This document shows, piece by piece, positions 10,135 through 20,059 of a DNA stretch of 64,000 nucleotides. Each line of letters opens with the position of its first letter. Within the stretch, counting starts at the first letter, position 1. Origin of the DNA: an uncultured Acidobacteriota bacterium. Its GTDB lineage: Bacteria; Acidobacteriota; Blastocatellia; RBC074. Below the pieces are notes generated by a model. That model was given only the letters and a program-made list of their open reading frames with translations, did not search any database and was not told the DNA's origin. The stretch spans positions 1,600,001-1,664,000 of the forward strand of contig CAWCKY010000003.1 of the NCBI GenBank assembly GCA_963796275.1, in the 5' to 3' direction. The translations under genes and the position numbers were made by a program.

Positions 10135-11044
10135 TAGTCTTGTATATCGCGGGGGCATAGCCGTAATAGCCCTCATGATCTTTTCTGTTGCAGTCAACGC
10201 GCAGCTTTTGCGCAAGAACGATTACGGCGTCGGCGTGACGGTTGCGATCTATCAATTCAATGATGCGCGCTCGAAGCAGTTCACTCAGGTCAATACGCTG
10301 AAGCAGACCGTATCGACGCCGCAAGAAGAGATCGATTACATTACCCGTAACTTCGGGGTGGAAGAGTTGAAGGTCCGTCACATCCGGACCATCGGATTGC
10401 GTGAAGGCGAGGCTTACACCGATCGGGAAACGATGAACGACAAGCAATTCACCTTCACCATAACGCCGCGCATCATAACGAGAAACGATGTGACGTTCGA
10501 TTTTTCCGCCGGGTACGACGAAAAGACACTCCTCGAGGTCAAGAGCGTCACGGCGGGCAATTATGAAACGGTGTTGTTGCGCGGGGAGCAGGGAGGATTC
10601 GGCGTGCGCGAATTCGTCGGGCCGGGCGGCCCCGAACGCGTACCTGAAAAACGCGCGCTGATCGTGACGATCACGCCGGCCGTGCAGACGGCCCGCAGCC
10701 TGCAGAACAGACCGACGGATATCTCCCGGCCGACCGACCAATTCGGATCGAAAGTCGAATTGACCGAGAGCGACACGTTCATCCCGCCCGTGCTCATCAA
10801 TCGCACCCCGCTCAAATTCCCTCCGGGTGCGAGGCTGACCGGTTCAATTACGCTCACCGGCATCATTACCCCTGATGGACGCGTCACCAACGCGCGCGTC
10901 CTCGATACGCCTGACCAGGCCTTGAATCCGAAGGCGATCGAAGCCTTCAGGCAGTACCGCTTTACACCGGCAAAATTGAACGGGCGGGCGACATACGCTA
11001 CATATCGAGAGACGATAGTTTTGGACAAAGAACGGCCTCTGTAA
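10109..11044 (+). CDS. Exported protein with C-terminal TonB_C domain
   Basis: Signal-like N-terminus; C-terminal ITPDGRVTNARVL...AIEAFRQYRFTPAKLNG. Confidence 0.8.
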   Translation: MTTMTMRIDSLVYRGGIAVIALMIFSVAVNAQLLRKNDYGVGVTVAIYQFNDARSKQFTQVNTLKQTVSTPQEEIDYITRNFGVEELKVRHIRTIGLREGEAYTDRETMNDKQFTFTITPRIITRNDVTFDFSAGYDEKTLLEVKSVTAGNYETVLLRGEQGGFGVREFVGPGGPERVPEKRALIVTITPAVQTARSLQNRPTDISRPTDQFGSKVELTESDTFIPPVLINRTPLKFPPGARLTGSITLTGIITPDGRVTNARVLDTPDQALNPKAIEAFRQYRFTPAKLNGRATYATYRETIVLDKERPL

Positions 11045-11049
11045 GTAAT

Positions 11050-11949
11050 ATGTCATCATCACTAACAAGTTATTGTACCAATTGCGGGAATGCTTTCGAT
11101 TCTGCATTCCGGGCTGATTGCCCGCACTGTGCCATGCCCTCCGAAATGGCTGAGACGCAGGAGCCAAAGTTGTGGGGCCCCGGAACCGGATTGCTCGTCT
11201 GGATGGGCAGCATCGGATTGCTCGTATTCTTTCAGGTCCTCGCCATCCTCGTCTGGTTTGCCATCAGGTATAAAGAGACCGGGCAGTTCCCGAAAGAGAT
11301 CGTGATGGACTGGTTGATCACCATCCTTTCGATCGGCTCAAGTTTCCCGGCCCATCTCCTGACTCTGCTCCTTTGTTGGACGGTCGTAACTGGCTTCGGC
11401 CGCCGCCCGTTCGGGCAAACCCTGGGATTGAGCTGGCATACGCAGTTTAAGTGGGTCCATGCTGTCGCACTTGCCTTTTTGATGATGGGCTTCGGATTCT
11501 TGATTGAAAAAATTCTCCCGCATCAAGAAACCGAACTCGAGAAGTTATTGAAAATGGGGACGTCCGTGCGGGTATTGGTTGCCGCGCTCGCCGTGCTAAC
11601 CGCCCCGATCGTTGAGGAAGTGGTCTACCGCGGGGTTCTCTACTCGGGCATAGAGCGCGCATGGGGAAAGAGAGCGGGCGTCGTTCTGGTGACTTTTCTC
11701 TTCGCCGGGGTACATTACCTGCAATATCGATCAAGTTATGCCGCCCTCACCGTTATCGTCTCGCTGAGCCTGGTACTGACATTGTTGCGAGCCACTACCG
11801 GCAAGTTGCTGCCATGCGTCGCCACGCATCTGGTCTACAATGGATTGAATGCGGTTATTTTGCTGATGGTGCCGGATGAGTTGCCGGACACTCAGACGAT
11901 TGAGACAGCAGTAGCTTTGATATGCCGGGGAATTGGATTAGCTCTCTGA
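11050..11949 (+). CDS. CPBP (CAAX/Abi) intramembrane metalloprotease with N-terminal zinc ribbon
   Basis: APIVEEVVYRG, FAGVH and HLVYN; N-terminal CTNC...CPHC. Confidence 0.9.
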   Translation: MSSSLTSYCTNCGNAFDSAFRADCPHCAMPSEMAETQEPKLWGPGTGLLVWMGSIGLLVFFQVLAILVWFAIRYKETGQFPKEIVMDWLITILSIGSSFPAHLLTLLLCWTVVTGFGRRPFGQTLGLSWHTQFKWVHAVALAFLMMGFGFLIEKILPHQETELEKLLKMGTSVRVLVAALAVLTAPIVEEVVYRGVLYSGIERAWGKRAGVVLVTFLFAGVHYLQYRSSYAALTVIVSLSLVLTLLRATTGKLLPCVATHLVYNGLNAVILLMVPDELPDTQTIETAVALICRGIGLAL

Positions 11950-12015
11950 CCCAGGACATTAAACGGCGGAGAGCACGGAGAAGGTTTTAAAGATTTATGA
12001 AAGGGAGGGTGAGTC

Positions 12016-12246
12016 GTGAACGATTTTTTCGCGATTATTGAAAAGTTGCAGGCGATGTTCGACAGCGAAGACGTCGAGGTCATCACTAACGATGGGCAGA
12101 GCATTCGCGGACGTATCGATAACCTCCGAAGCACACAACCATTCAGCAAGCCGGCGGTTAAAATACGCGGTCAGGATGGTAAGATCAGAAAGGTTCTTTT
12201 TTCTGAAATCAAAGAGTTAATTGATCATAAGAAGAGTGATGAATGA
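12016..12246 (+). CDS. Small hypothetical protein, possible Sm-like/SH3-like barrel
   Basis: Strong GGGAGGG RBS before GTG; pattern VEVITNDGQSIRGRI...KVLFSEIKEL. Confidence 0.65.
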   Translation: MNDFFAIIEKLQAMFDSEDVEVITNDGQSIRGRIDNLRSTQPFSKPAVKIRGQDGKIRKVLFSEIKELIDHKKSDE

Positions 12247-12297
12247 TGGGCAATCGCATCGCTATTAAAGCTCATCGGCTTGCCCATCGATCGATAT

Positions 12298-12549
12298 TTA
12301 TCGCTTCTCTTCGACGATTGGACGTTTGAAGGTATATTTGACGTAACGGCTGCTAGCGAGCATCTCTTCACCTTTATTGCTGCGATGCATGGCGAAGCCG
12401 TCAACATAGACACTGACCAGTTCCCAGGCCTCCTGACCGAGCGAATTCAATCCGGCATCAACATTGGCGTCGATGAAATCTTCTCCCGTGATACGCGAGC
12501 CGATTTTACGAATCTCGCCCCAATCCACCGTTCGGTATTCCCATTTCAT
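12298..12549 (-). CDS. DUF4177-like small protein
   Basis: MKWEYRTV...LNSLGQEAWELVSV...FKRP. Confidence 0.8.
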   Translation of the reverse strand: MKWEYRTVDWGEIRKIGSRITGEDFIDANVDAGLNSLGQEAWELVSVYVDGFAMHRSNKGEEMLASSRYVKYTFKRPIVEEKR

Positions 12550-12739
12550 TTTCTTGCCTCTTCCTTTTTTTTGTGCTGTATCTGTAGGGAGAGATACAGA
12601 GTGAATGTCCGATGAGCGTTATCAAGGTCAGGTTCATCACAATTGTCATCTATGTTGTTATCGTTTTAGACGCAAATCCGAATATGAAAGTTACGAAATA
12701 AGACATTGTGGGGTTGTTCGATGATCAGATGGTGGGGGC

Positions 12740-13735
12740 CTATCTGATTTGCGCCTCGATTCTGGGAAGGCTTTGCAGCACAACTTCGCCGACGATCTCC
12801 AAGCTCCGCGCGCTTATCTTATCAAAGGTGTCTTGTTCCGTATGCCAGAAGGTATTCTCTTCTACACCGTACTCAAAATCAATCAAATCTACGGCACTGA
12901 CTCCGGCCTCGAGGAAAGGGGTGTGATCGTCGGTCATGGACTGGTTCTCATTAGGGAAATGCCGCTCGTGACCGAGTTCGCGCGCCGTTCCCCAGATTGC
13001 ATCGACGATCTGGCGAGAAGAATTGTCGTCGCGCGGTAGTTTCAAATCCTTATCTCCCACCATATCGAGCAGAATCATCGCTTTAATTCGATCGAGCCGC
13101 TTCTCTTTCTTCAATCGATCGACCATATGGCGGCTGCCATATGTATTGTCCAGCCCATCGAGACATTCGTCCCAATCCAGACAAAAGGCTTCTTCGCCGT
13201 CGAAAAAGACGAACTGATAGGTGAAGCGGCGCTTCGGCTTTCCGGCGGCGCTCTCTGCCGCCATAACGCGCGCCATTTCCAGTAGCGCGCCGGTGCTCGA
13301 CCCTCCGTCATTGGCGCCGACGAAGGTGAAATCTTTGAAGTACTTGGTATCGTAATGGCTGGCGATAATGACGATTTCGGAAGTCTCGCCTGGCAGCTCG
13401 GCGATGATGTTCGTCATTTTAACTTTTCCCTGCGGCGTATTGGGAGTGAAGATATCGAAGGTGGTTTTCAAGCCGTAACTTTCCAATTCCTTCTTGATAT
13501 ACGCCCCGGTCTTCTCCGATGCCTTTGAGCCGGCCGGTCGCGGTCCGAAATCGATCTGAGCTTTGACGTGAGCCAGCGCCCTCTCACCATCAAAAGCTGT
13601 TCGCTTTTTCTCCGATTTATCAGCCGAGCTCGCATCCGCGCGGGATGAAGACCCCGAACTCTCCGGGGTTGAGCTGAGATTATTTGCGCAGGCAAAAGTA
13701 AGTATTGCTATGGATAGTATAAAAATTCGCAACAT
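12740..13735 (-). CDS. M28 family zinc peptidase / glutaminyl cyclase-like lipoprotein
   Basis: SHYDTK, GANDGGSS, FDGEEA, LLDMVG, DDHTPF and WHT; lipobox-like TFAC after start MLRIF. Confidence 0.9.
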   Translation of the reverse strand: MLRIFILSIAILTFACANNLSSTPESSGSSSRADASSADKSEKKRTAFDGERALAHVKAQIDFGPRPAGSKASEKTGAYIKKELESYGLKTTFDIFTPNTPQGKVKMTNIIAELPGETSEIVIIASHYDTKYFKDFTFVGANDGGSSTGALLEMARVMAAESAAGKPKRRFTYQFVFFDGEEAFCLDWDECLDGLDNTYGSRHMVDRLKKEKRLDRIKAMILLDMVGDKDLKLPRDDNSSRQIVDAIWGTARELGHERHFPNENQSMTDDHTPFLEAGVSAVDLIDFEYGVEENTFWHTEQDTFDKISARSLEIVGEVVLQSLPRIEAQIR

Positions 13736-13846
13736 AAATCTTATGATTTGCGCGATTGCGGGATGCTCATACGAAATTACAGAGCACTCAATACGCATAA
13801 ATTGTGGTTTTAGGATGAGTTTCAATTCGCATACCGCAATCCGTAA

Positions 13847-14713
13847 TCAACTCCGATCAGGCCCGGTGAAGGTTAGAGCGTTGCTCAAATAGTCGCGCAA
13901 TTTGCGGCGATCGACCACACTATCGAGCATTCCATGTTCGAGCAAAAATTCGGAGAGTTGGAATCCCTTGGGAAGTTTCTGGCGAATCGTTTGTTCGATA
14001 ACCCGTGCGCCGGCGAACCCTATGATCGCTCCGGGTTCGGCGATATTCAAGTCGCCGAGCATCGCGAAGCTGGCTGTGACGCCTCCAGTGGTCGGGTCGG
14101 TCATCAAGGAGAAATAGGGAAGCCCGGCATCATCCAGCTGCGCCAGGGCGGCGGAGATCTTCGCCATCTGCAAGAGCGAATATATGCCCTCCTGCATGCG
14201 GGCGCCGCCCGAGCAGGAGACGATGATCAACGGCAATCTGTTCTGGATGCAATATTCAATGGCGAGCGTGATCTTTTCGCCTACTACCGAGCCCATGCTG
14301 CCCATGATGAAGCCGAGCTCCATGGCGCAGATGATCACCGGCCGCCCTCCGATCTTTCCTTCGCCCGTGATCAGCGCGTCGAGCATCCCCGTGGCTTTCT
14401 GGGCTTTCTTGAGACGCTCGCTATATGGAGATTTGTCGACGAATTTTAGCGGGTCCGCCGGGGCGATGTCGGAATCGCGCTCTTGATACTTGCCGTCGTC
14501 GAAGAGCATCTGCAGACGCTCGCGAGAGCCCACCCGGAAGTGATAGCCGCAGTCCGGACATACGCTCAGATTTTTCTTTAAATCTTTGCGGTAGATAGTC
14601 GCGCCGCAATCATCGTTTTCGCATTTGACGAAGATCCCTTCGGTCTTCACCGTTCGCTCTTCGGGCGACGCGACCTCACCGATCTTTTCAGTTTGGCGTT
14701 TGAACCAGGCCAT
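13847..14713 (-). CDS. accD: Acetyl-CoA carboxylase carboxyltransferase beta subunit
   Basis: Zn finger, GSMGSVVGEK, SGGARMQEG, PTTGGVTASFA and GFAGARVIEQT. Confidence 0.97.
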   Translation of the reverse strand: MAWFKRQTEKIGEVASPEERTVKTEGIFVKCENDDCGATIYRKDLKKNLSVCPDCGYHFRVGSRERLQMLFDDGKYQERDSDIAPADPLKFVDKSPYSERLKKAQKATGMLDALITGEGKIGGRPVIICAMELGFIMGSMGSVVGEKITLAIEYCIQNRLPLIIVSCSGGARMQEGIYSLLQMAKISAALAQLDDAGLPYFSLMTDPTTGGVTASFAMLGDLNIAEPGAIIGFAGARVIEQTIRQKLPKGFQLSEFLLEHGMLDSVVDRRKLRDYLSNALTFTGPDRS

Positions 14714-14881
14714 AAAATATCTTTATATGACTATTCGTCGTCTTTTAAGCAAGCGCAAATTCTACGCGGCAACTTGGGAAAGTGCAAAGACAAAAAAATC
14801 AAAATGGCAAATAGCAGAAATGAATTAGAGGGCATTCGTGACTATTTGGGGAGGCACTTTGTGATTTTTCGTTGTCGTATA

Positions 14882-15838
14882 TCAATTCATTGTCAGATAT
14901 CCGGCCAACTTTGCCAAGTCTACGTTGCCGCCTGAGAGGATAACCCCGACGCGCTTGCCGGAGGGATCGATTTTACGGTGTAGCAAGGCGGCGGCGGCGG
15001 CGGCGCCGGAGGGCTCCACGAGCACCTTCATTCGTTCGATGAAGAATCGCATCGTTTCGATCAATTCGCCGTCGCTCACCAAGAGGATATCTTCCACCAA
15101 CCTCTGAACGATCGGGAATGTCAGTTTGCCAGGTGCGGGGGTCTGGAGGCCATCGGCGATGGTTTGCGGCACGGGGATTTCCACTCGTTCGCCTTTGCGG
15201 AACGACTGCAGGGTGTCGTTGCCGGCTTCCGGTTCGACGCCGAATATGCGGATTTGCGGGCGCAAGTGATGAGCCGCGATAGAACATCCGGCGAGCAGCC
15301 CGCATCCGCTGCATGGAGCGAGCAGGAGATCGAGTTCGGGAACCTCTTCGAGCAGTTCGAGCGCGGCTGTACCCTGTCCGGCCATTATCAGGTAATCGTC
15401 GAAGGGGGGCACCAGGGTCAGACCGCGCTCGCGGCAGATGCGCTCGCCCGTCTCTTCTCGGCTCTCCCGATAGCGGTCGTAGAAGATGATCTCCGCTCCA
15501 TAGCCGCGGGTCGCCGCAATTTTGGCCCGCGGCGCATCGTGCGGCATGACGATCACCGCTGGTGCGCCGAAGAACTTCGCCGCAAGTGCCACCGCCTGTG
15601 CGTGGTTGCCCGACGAGTAAGCTAGGATACCCTTTTTGCGCTCATCGCCGGTGAGCGATGCGAGCTTGTTGTAAGCGCCCCGGAATTTGAATGCTCCCGC
15701 GCGCTGCAGATTTTCGGCCTTAAAGAAGACTTCGCTGCCCACCAGCTCATTGAACTGGCGTGACGTCAAAACGGGTGTGTGATGAGCGACGCCGCGAATT
15801 CGCGCGCTGGCGTCAAGGATGTCGTTAAATGTCAACAT
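14882..15838 (-). CDS. PLP fold-II serine/threonine dehydratase (3-hydroxyaspartate ammonia-lyase/serine racemase-like)
   Basis: KAENLQRAGAFKFRGA, YSSGNHAQ, EPSGA and SGGNVD; no regulatory domain. Confidence 0.9.
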   Translation of the reverse strand: MLTFNDILDASARIRGVAHHTPVLTSRQFNELVGSEVFFKAENLQRAGAFKFRGAYNKLASLTGDERKKGILAYSSGNHAQAVALAAKFFGAPAVIVMPHDAPRAKIAATRGYGAEIIFYDRYRESREETGERICRERGLTLVPPFDDYLIMAGQGTAALELLEEVPELDLLLAPCSGCGLLAGCSIAAHHLRPQIRIFGVEPEAGNDTLQSFRKGERVEIPVPQTIADGLQTPAPGKLTFPIVQRLVEDILLVSDGELIETMRFFIERMKVLVEPSGAAAAAALLHRKIDPSGKRVGVILSGGNVDLAKLAGYLTMN

Positions 15839-15840
15839 GG

Positions 15841-15922
15841 AATTGATAATTGATAAATTGAGATTTCGTATATTGTGACAACGTCAGCCGAATTATCAAT
15901 TATCAATTCTCAATTATCAATT
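15841..15922. repeat. Heptamer-built inverted repeat (AATTGAT)n...(ATCAATT)n
   Basis: aattgataattgataaattgag followed by aattatcaattatcaattctcaattatcaatt; fills the whole intergenic gap. Confidence 0.85.
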
Positions 15923-16921
15923 GAATACTTTTCCTACTGAATCCGAGTCGAGATTCGCGCCTGTGATTACGTTAACGATATTCCGGCCGCGCATCTGTTC
16001 GCTAAGTTTTAGACTGGCTGCTGTCGCGATCGCCCCCGCGCCTTCGACCAGATTATGTGTAGTGCGCCAGAGCAGGCGAATAGCGCGAATTATCTCACTG
16101 TCACTTACTAGCAGAATTTCGTCAATGCCCTGGCGTATTATCTCGAACGTCAGTTCAGCCGGGATTCGCGTGGCAACCCCATCCGCAATTGTATGCGCAT
16201 TCCTGGTCTCGACTACGTGGCCTGCCTGCCAGGAGAGAAAGACACACGGCGAGCCCTCCGCCTGTACTCCGTAGATTCTGGTCGTGGGCGAAAGCTCGCG
16301 GAAGACCGTGATGACTCCGCATATACCGCTGCCGAGCCCTATCGGCACGAAGATCGCGTCGATCTTCTCGCCTCTCTCCTGCATAGCTTCGATTATTTCC
16401 AGAGCATAAGTGCCGACACCGTTGATCAGGTGAGGTTCATTCGCGGAATGGATATAGCGCAGGTTTTCGGTTTGCGACAGTCTTTCGACCTCTTCGCGCG
16501 CTTCATCGAAGTCGCGGCCGGACTCGACCAGTCTCGCGCCGTAGGACTTCATCGCTGCATTCTTCTCAGGATTGTTGCCGAACGGAACGACCACAGTCGC
16601 CGGGATAGAGTGGATCAGCCCCGCCAGAGCTACCGATTGGCCATGGTTACCGCGCGTGGCAGTTATCACACCGTGATGGGTGCGCGCGGCCGCGAAGTGA
16701 TGCATGAAGTTCAGTCCGCCTCGAATTTTGAAAGCTCCCGTCGGCAGATGGTTTTCGTGCTTGAGGAAGACGCGCGCTTCCATTTCCGCGTTGAGCAGGG
16801 GGTATTCCCGCAGCGGCGTCGGTTTGATTGTCCGGTAAACTATCGCGCTAGCCGCGCGAACATCTGCGAGAGAGATTGCCCCTGAGGAGCATGCGCCCTG
16901 CGTATCAGTTTTTGATTCCAT
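15917..16921 (-). CDS. Second PLP fold-II threonine/serine dehydratase paralog
   Basis: KHENHLPTGAFKIRGG, ATRGNHGQ, PIGLGSG and EGAGA. Confidence 0.9.
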   Translation of the reverse strand: MESKTDTQGACSSGAISLADVRAASAIVYRTIKPTPLREYPLLNAEMEARVFLKHENHLPTGAFKIRGGLNFMHHFAAARTHHGVITATRGNHGQSVALAGLIHSIPATVVVPFGNNPEKNAAMKSYGARLVESGRDFDEAREEVERLSQTENLRYIHSANEPHLINGVGTYALEIIEAMQERGEKIDAIFVPIGLGSGICGVITVFRELSPTTRIYGVQAEGSPCVFLSWQAGHVVETRNAHTIADGVATRIPAELTFEIIRQGIDEILLVSDSEIIRAIRLLWRTTHNLVEGAGAIATAASLKLSEQMRGRNIVNVITGANLDSDSVGKVFN

Positions 16922-17561
16922 AGGCGAGACCATCTCCGAGCGGCAGGATCACCCCCCGCAGTTCCGGATGTGTGGTGAAGCGGCGATTGAATTCGATAAT
17001 CGCCTGCGTCGAGTCTAGTTGATCGTCGGATAGGAGACGGCCGGTGGCGACCTGGCCCTTCCAGAGCACGTTATCGGCGATGACAGCACCTCCTTTTCGC
17101 ATCAACGGCAAGATCAATTCGAGGTAAGCGGAATACTCTTCCTTGGTCGCGTCGATGTAAGCGATATCGAACGGGCCGATCAGCCGTGGTAATACATCGA
17201 GGGCTTTCGCCTGGACGAGTTCGACTCTCGATTCGACGCCGGCTCGCCTTATGAAATCGCGCGCGGTCTTCAGCCGCGCTTCGCTCGGATCGATCGTAGT
17301 CACGCGCCCGCCATCACCCATCGCCAGTGCGAATGTGATCGCGCCATAGCCGATGGCCGTTCCGATCTCGAGCGCACGTTTGGCGTTGATAGCTTGAGCC
17401 GTGATCGCCAGGAAGAGGGCGACTTCGGGATCGGAACTCGGCACATCATGTCGCTCCGAATATTCCTCCATCTCGGCGAAGAGCCCATCGCGCGCCGGGA
17501 GAAGCGTGTCGAGGTAGATCGCCTGTTCGCGCTGCAGGATTGTATCGATATGATTTTTCAT
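16905..17561 (-). CDS. O-methyltransferase (Methyltransf_3/YrrM family)
   Basis: LEIGTAIGYG, FDIAYIDATK, ADNVLWKG and LPLGDGL. Confidence 0.92.
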   Translation of the reverse strand: MKNHIDTILQREQAIYLDTLLPARDGLFAEMEEYSERHDVPSSDPEVALFLAITAQAINAKRALEIGTAIGYGAITFALAMGDGGRVTTIDPSEARLKTARDFIRRAGVESRVELVQAKALDVLPRLIGPFDIAYIDATKEEYSAYLELILPLMRKGGAVIADNVLWKGQVATGRLLSDDQLDSTQAIIEFNRRFTTHPELRGVILPLGDGLAYGIKN

Positions 17562-17974
17562 TTTGCTGTTGTTTAACGCATATCAATTAACTTCTTTTGA
17601 ATTTCCGTTTTATCGCTCTGTTGAAAACTGTCATTTTTGTGTCACCCAAAGTATAGCCGGGTATTGACTATCTGATCCACCTTGCTCTCCCTCCTGCGAT
17701 CTTTCTACATTCGAATTTTATCGAACAAAGCTGTTTGTCCTGAGTTTGCGACGGAACTCGAAAAGGTAGTAGTTGAATCCGGTCGCGTGGTGTATGAATC
17801 GAGCCAGTCTGCATGAAGTAATGTCAAAATGCGTTTCGCAACTTAGCGCTTTGTCAGGTATACTTTGCCCCGACCTCGATTGAGGCTTTCAATGCAAAGA
17901 CGCAAAGACACAATGTTGTTCGTATTGCGCCTTGGGCAATACTGGATTGCAGCCGCAAATAAAATCTATCAGTT

Positions 17975-18394
17975 ATGATCACCATTGGAATTCATTACGC
18001 CGGGACTATCGCTTCGCTCGATATGAAAGGCAAGTTCATCAAAGGTCAAGGCGGGTTTCAGCTTCAAATGCTTGTCGATAAGGTGCTTTCGGCGGGCTCG
18101 ACCAAGATTCTCCTAAATCTGACCGAGGTGCCAATTATCGACAGTATGGGCATCGGCGAGATCGTCCGCGCTTTCAACAAAGTCCGTGAGACCGGAGGGA
18201 CGTTCAAACTCGTTGGCGTGACCGACCGCGTCTACGGGGCGTTGAAGATCACTCAGCTCCTTGATCTCATAGAGAGTTTTCCCACAGAAGACGAGGCCAT
18301 CGCGAGCTTCGGCAAAGAGAAGAAAAGCCGTGGTAAAAAGAAGAAATCAGAAAACGAAGTAGCAGATGAAGAAGAGGCGAGCGAATCGGATTGA
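17975..18394 (+). CDS. STAS-domain anti-sigma factor antagonist
   Basis: LNLTEVPIIDSMGIG phospho-Ser motif; Lys-rich then acidic tail. Confidence 0.88.
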   Translation: MITIGIHYAGTIASLDMKGKFIKGQGGFQLQMLVDKVLSAGSTKILLNLTEVPIIDSMGIGEIVRAFNKVRETGGTFKLVGVTDRVYGALKITQLLDLIESFPTEDEAIASFGKEKKSRGKKKKSENEVADEEEASESD

Positions 18395-18486
18395 GAGCGC
18401 GATAATGATGGGGCGACTGGGCTATCAGGAGAGAAAATAACCGTCGTCGGCAAAGTCCCCCTCATCGCCAGGTCGTCCTGTCAGTC

Positions 18487-19560
18487 TCACTTCTTCTTGG
18501 GAACCGCGTAGTAGCCTTCCCTATGCTGGACTCTCAACTGGGGTAATCCGCGTGGAGGTTTGACCTGAACCTTGATCTTATGCCATTGGCCGTCTCGCTT
18601 CACATTCGTCGGTGTATAGCCAATGCTATATTGGTGGCGAAGCTCAAGCGCGATGCGCGTCGTAGCGTCTTCAAGCTCGGCGGCTGATCGTGGAAAGAAT
18701 GCCTTCCCACCCGTAGTTTGTGCGATCTCTTCGAGTATAGACTGGCCTTGCAAGTCGAGGGTTCCACCCGATCCCCCGCCCAGCTCTACAATACCTATAC
18801 AATAGATTTGCACGCCAGCTTCTTTGAGCAACTTCCGAAGCTCGCCGTAAGTGTAGCGGGAGGAGTTGTCCTGGCCATCGGATATCAAGAGGATGGCGCG
18901 TTTCGTATGTCGGCCCTGTTTGACCTTCTCGATGCCAAGATAGGCGGCATCGTAAAGTGCCGTCTGTCCGCGCGGATCCACGAGCGTAAATTTATTGGTA
19001 ATCGTATCCCCATCTGTGAACTCCGCCAACAGGTTCGCACGTTGATTGAAACCGACAAGGAAGAAGTCGTCGTCATTATGGCTCGTCTGGATGAAAGCCT
19101 TCAGCGCTTCGCGCGCTCGATCGATTTTGCCCTTCATGCTTCCCGAAACGTCGAAGATGATGCCCATGCTGACCGGGACATCTTCATCGTTAAAGAAGGT
19201 TATGACTTGTTTGACTTTGTCCTCGTAAATCTCGAAATGCTGTTTATCGAGACCCGTCACCAGACGCGCGTTCGGATCCGTTACCGTCACTGTGAACGAG
19301 ACCAGTTCTGTATCTATAATTATCGATTTTTCATCCTGGCCCGTCTTATCGCTCAACTGGCGCTGGATTTGTTGAGTGGCTGATGACGGAGTTTGTTTTA
19401 CATCGGCAGGGACCGGTTTAGTTTCTTTCTGATCGGATGATTGACCTGCTGGAGGAGTTTGTTGCTGGTCCGCTTTCTGCTCCTGTTGGGCGGTGCCCGC
19501 GACAAAGAACAGCAAGAGTATAAAAACGGTCATGACAGGAGAGAATATTTTCTTCAACAT
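18487..19560 (-). CDS. Exported VWA-domain protein (acidobacterial VWFA type)
   Basis: MIDAS DVSGS, TALYDA, ISDGQD, TGGKAF and QYSIGYTP; signal peptide. Confidence 0.92.
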   Translation of the reverse strand: MLKKIFSPVMTVFILLLFFVAGTAQQEQKADQQQTPPAGQSSDQKETKPVPADVKQTPSSATQQIQRQLSDKTGQDEKSIIIDTELVSFTVTVTDPNARLVTGLDKQHFEIYEDKVKQVITFFNDEDVPVSMGIIFDVSGSMKGKIDRAREALKAFIQTSHNDDDFFLVGFNQRANLLAEFTDGDTITNKFTLVDPRGQTALYDAAYLGIEKVKQGRHTKRAILLISDGQDNSSRYTYGELRKLLKEAGVQIYCIGIVELGGGSGGTLDLQGQSILEEIAQTTGGKAFFPRSAAELEDATTRIALELRHQYSIGYTPTNVKRDGQWHKIKVQVKPPRGLPQLRVQHREGYYAVPKKK

Positions 19561-20059
19561 TTTAACTCCCTTCGAGCATCCGCCGCACGCGGGTAAATCT
19601 AGGACTTGTGAAAATACGAACTCACTCTCGTGACAGCAATGACATTCTCAATTATCTGAAACCTGCAGCAGGTTGATGTTGGCTCGGGGAAAATCAAAGA
19701 CATTCTAACATACAACTCGAAGTGAGCAAGATCGGAAGCGTGGAAGAAAAGCGAAGGCGGAGAAGGCAGGATGGGTATTTGCGAATTATCTGAAGAGCGT
19801 CGCAAATAAAGGGCATTGAAATCAATTATTTTGGTCCTGAGCTTCAGATGCGCATTCAGAGGCGCGTAATGATTATAGAACTCGTCCTCCCACATCTCAC
19901 AAACTCAGGTGGAGCGACATAAGGTGGAGCGAGATTTGTTTGCCTATATGGCGCTACTCCGACAAAGCCAGTGATATGGGTAATCGAATGCATTTAAAAT
20001 ATGGTTCTTCGAAGCCCATCAGAAACTGTTGGATATTACCAGATTAATTTGCACGGCCT

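Noticed and set aside
19599-20059. Short ORFs or ncRNA in the gap upstream of the VWA gene
   Set aside because: No RBS or motif support; only a weak decayed palindrome (ggagcgacata...tatggcgctac) near 19905-19960
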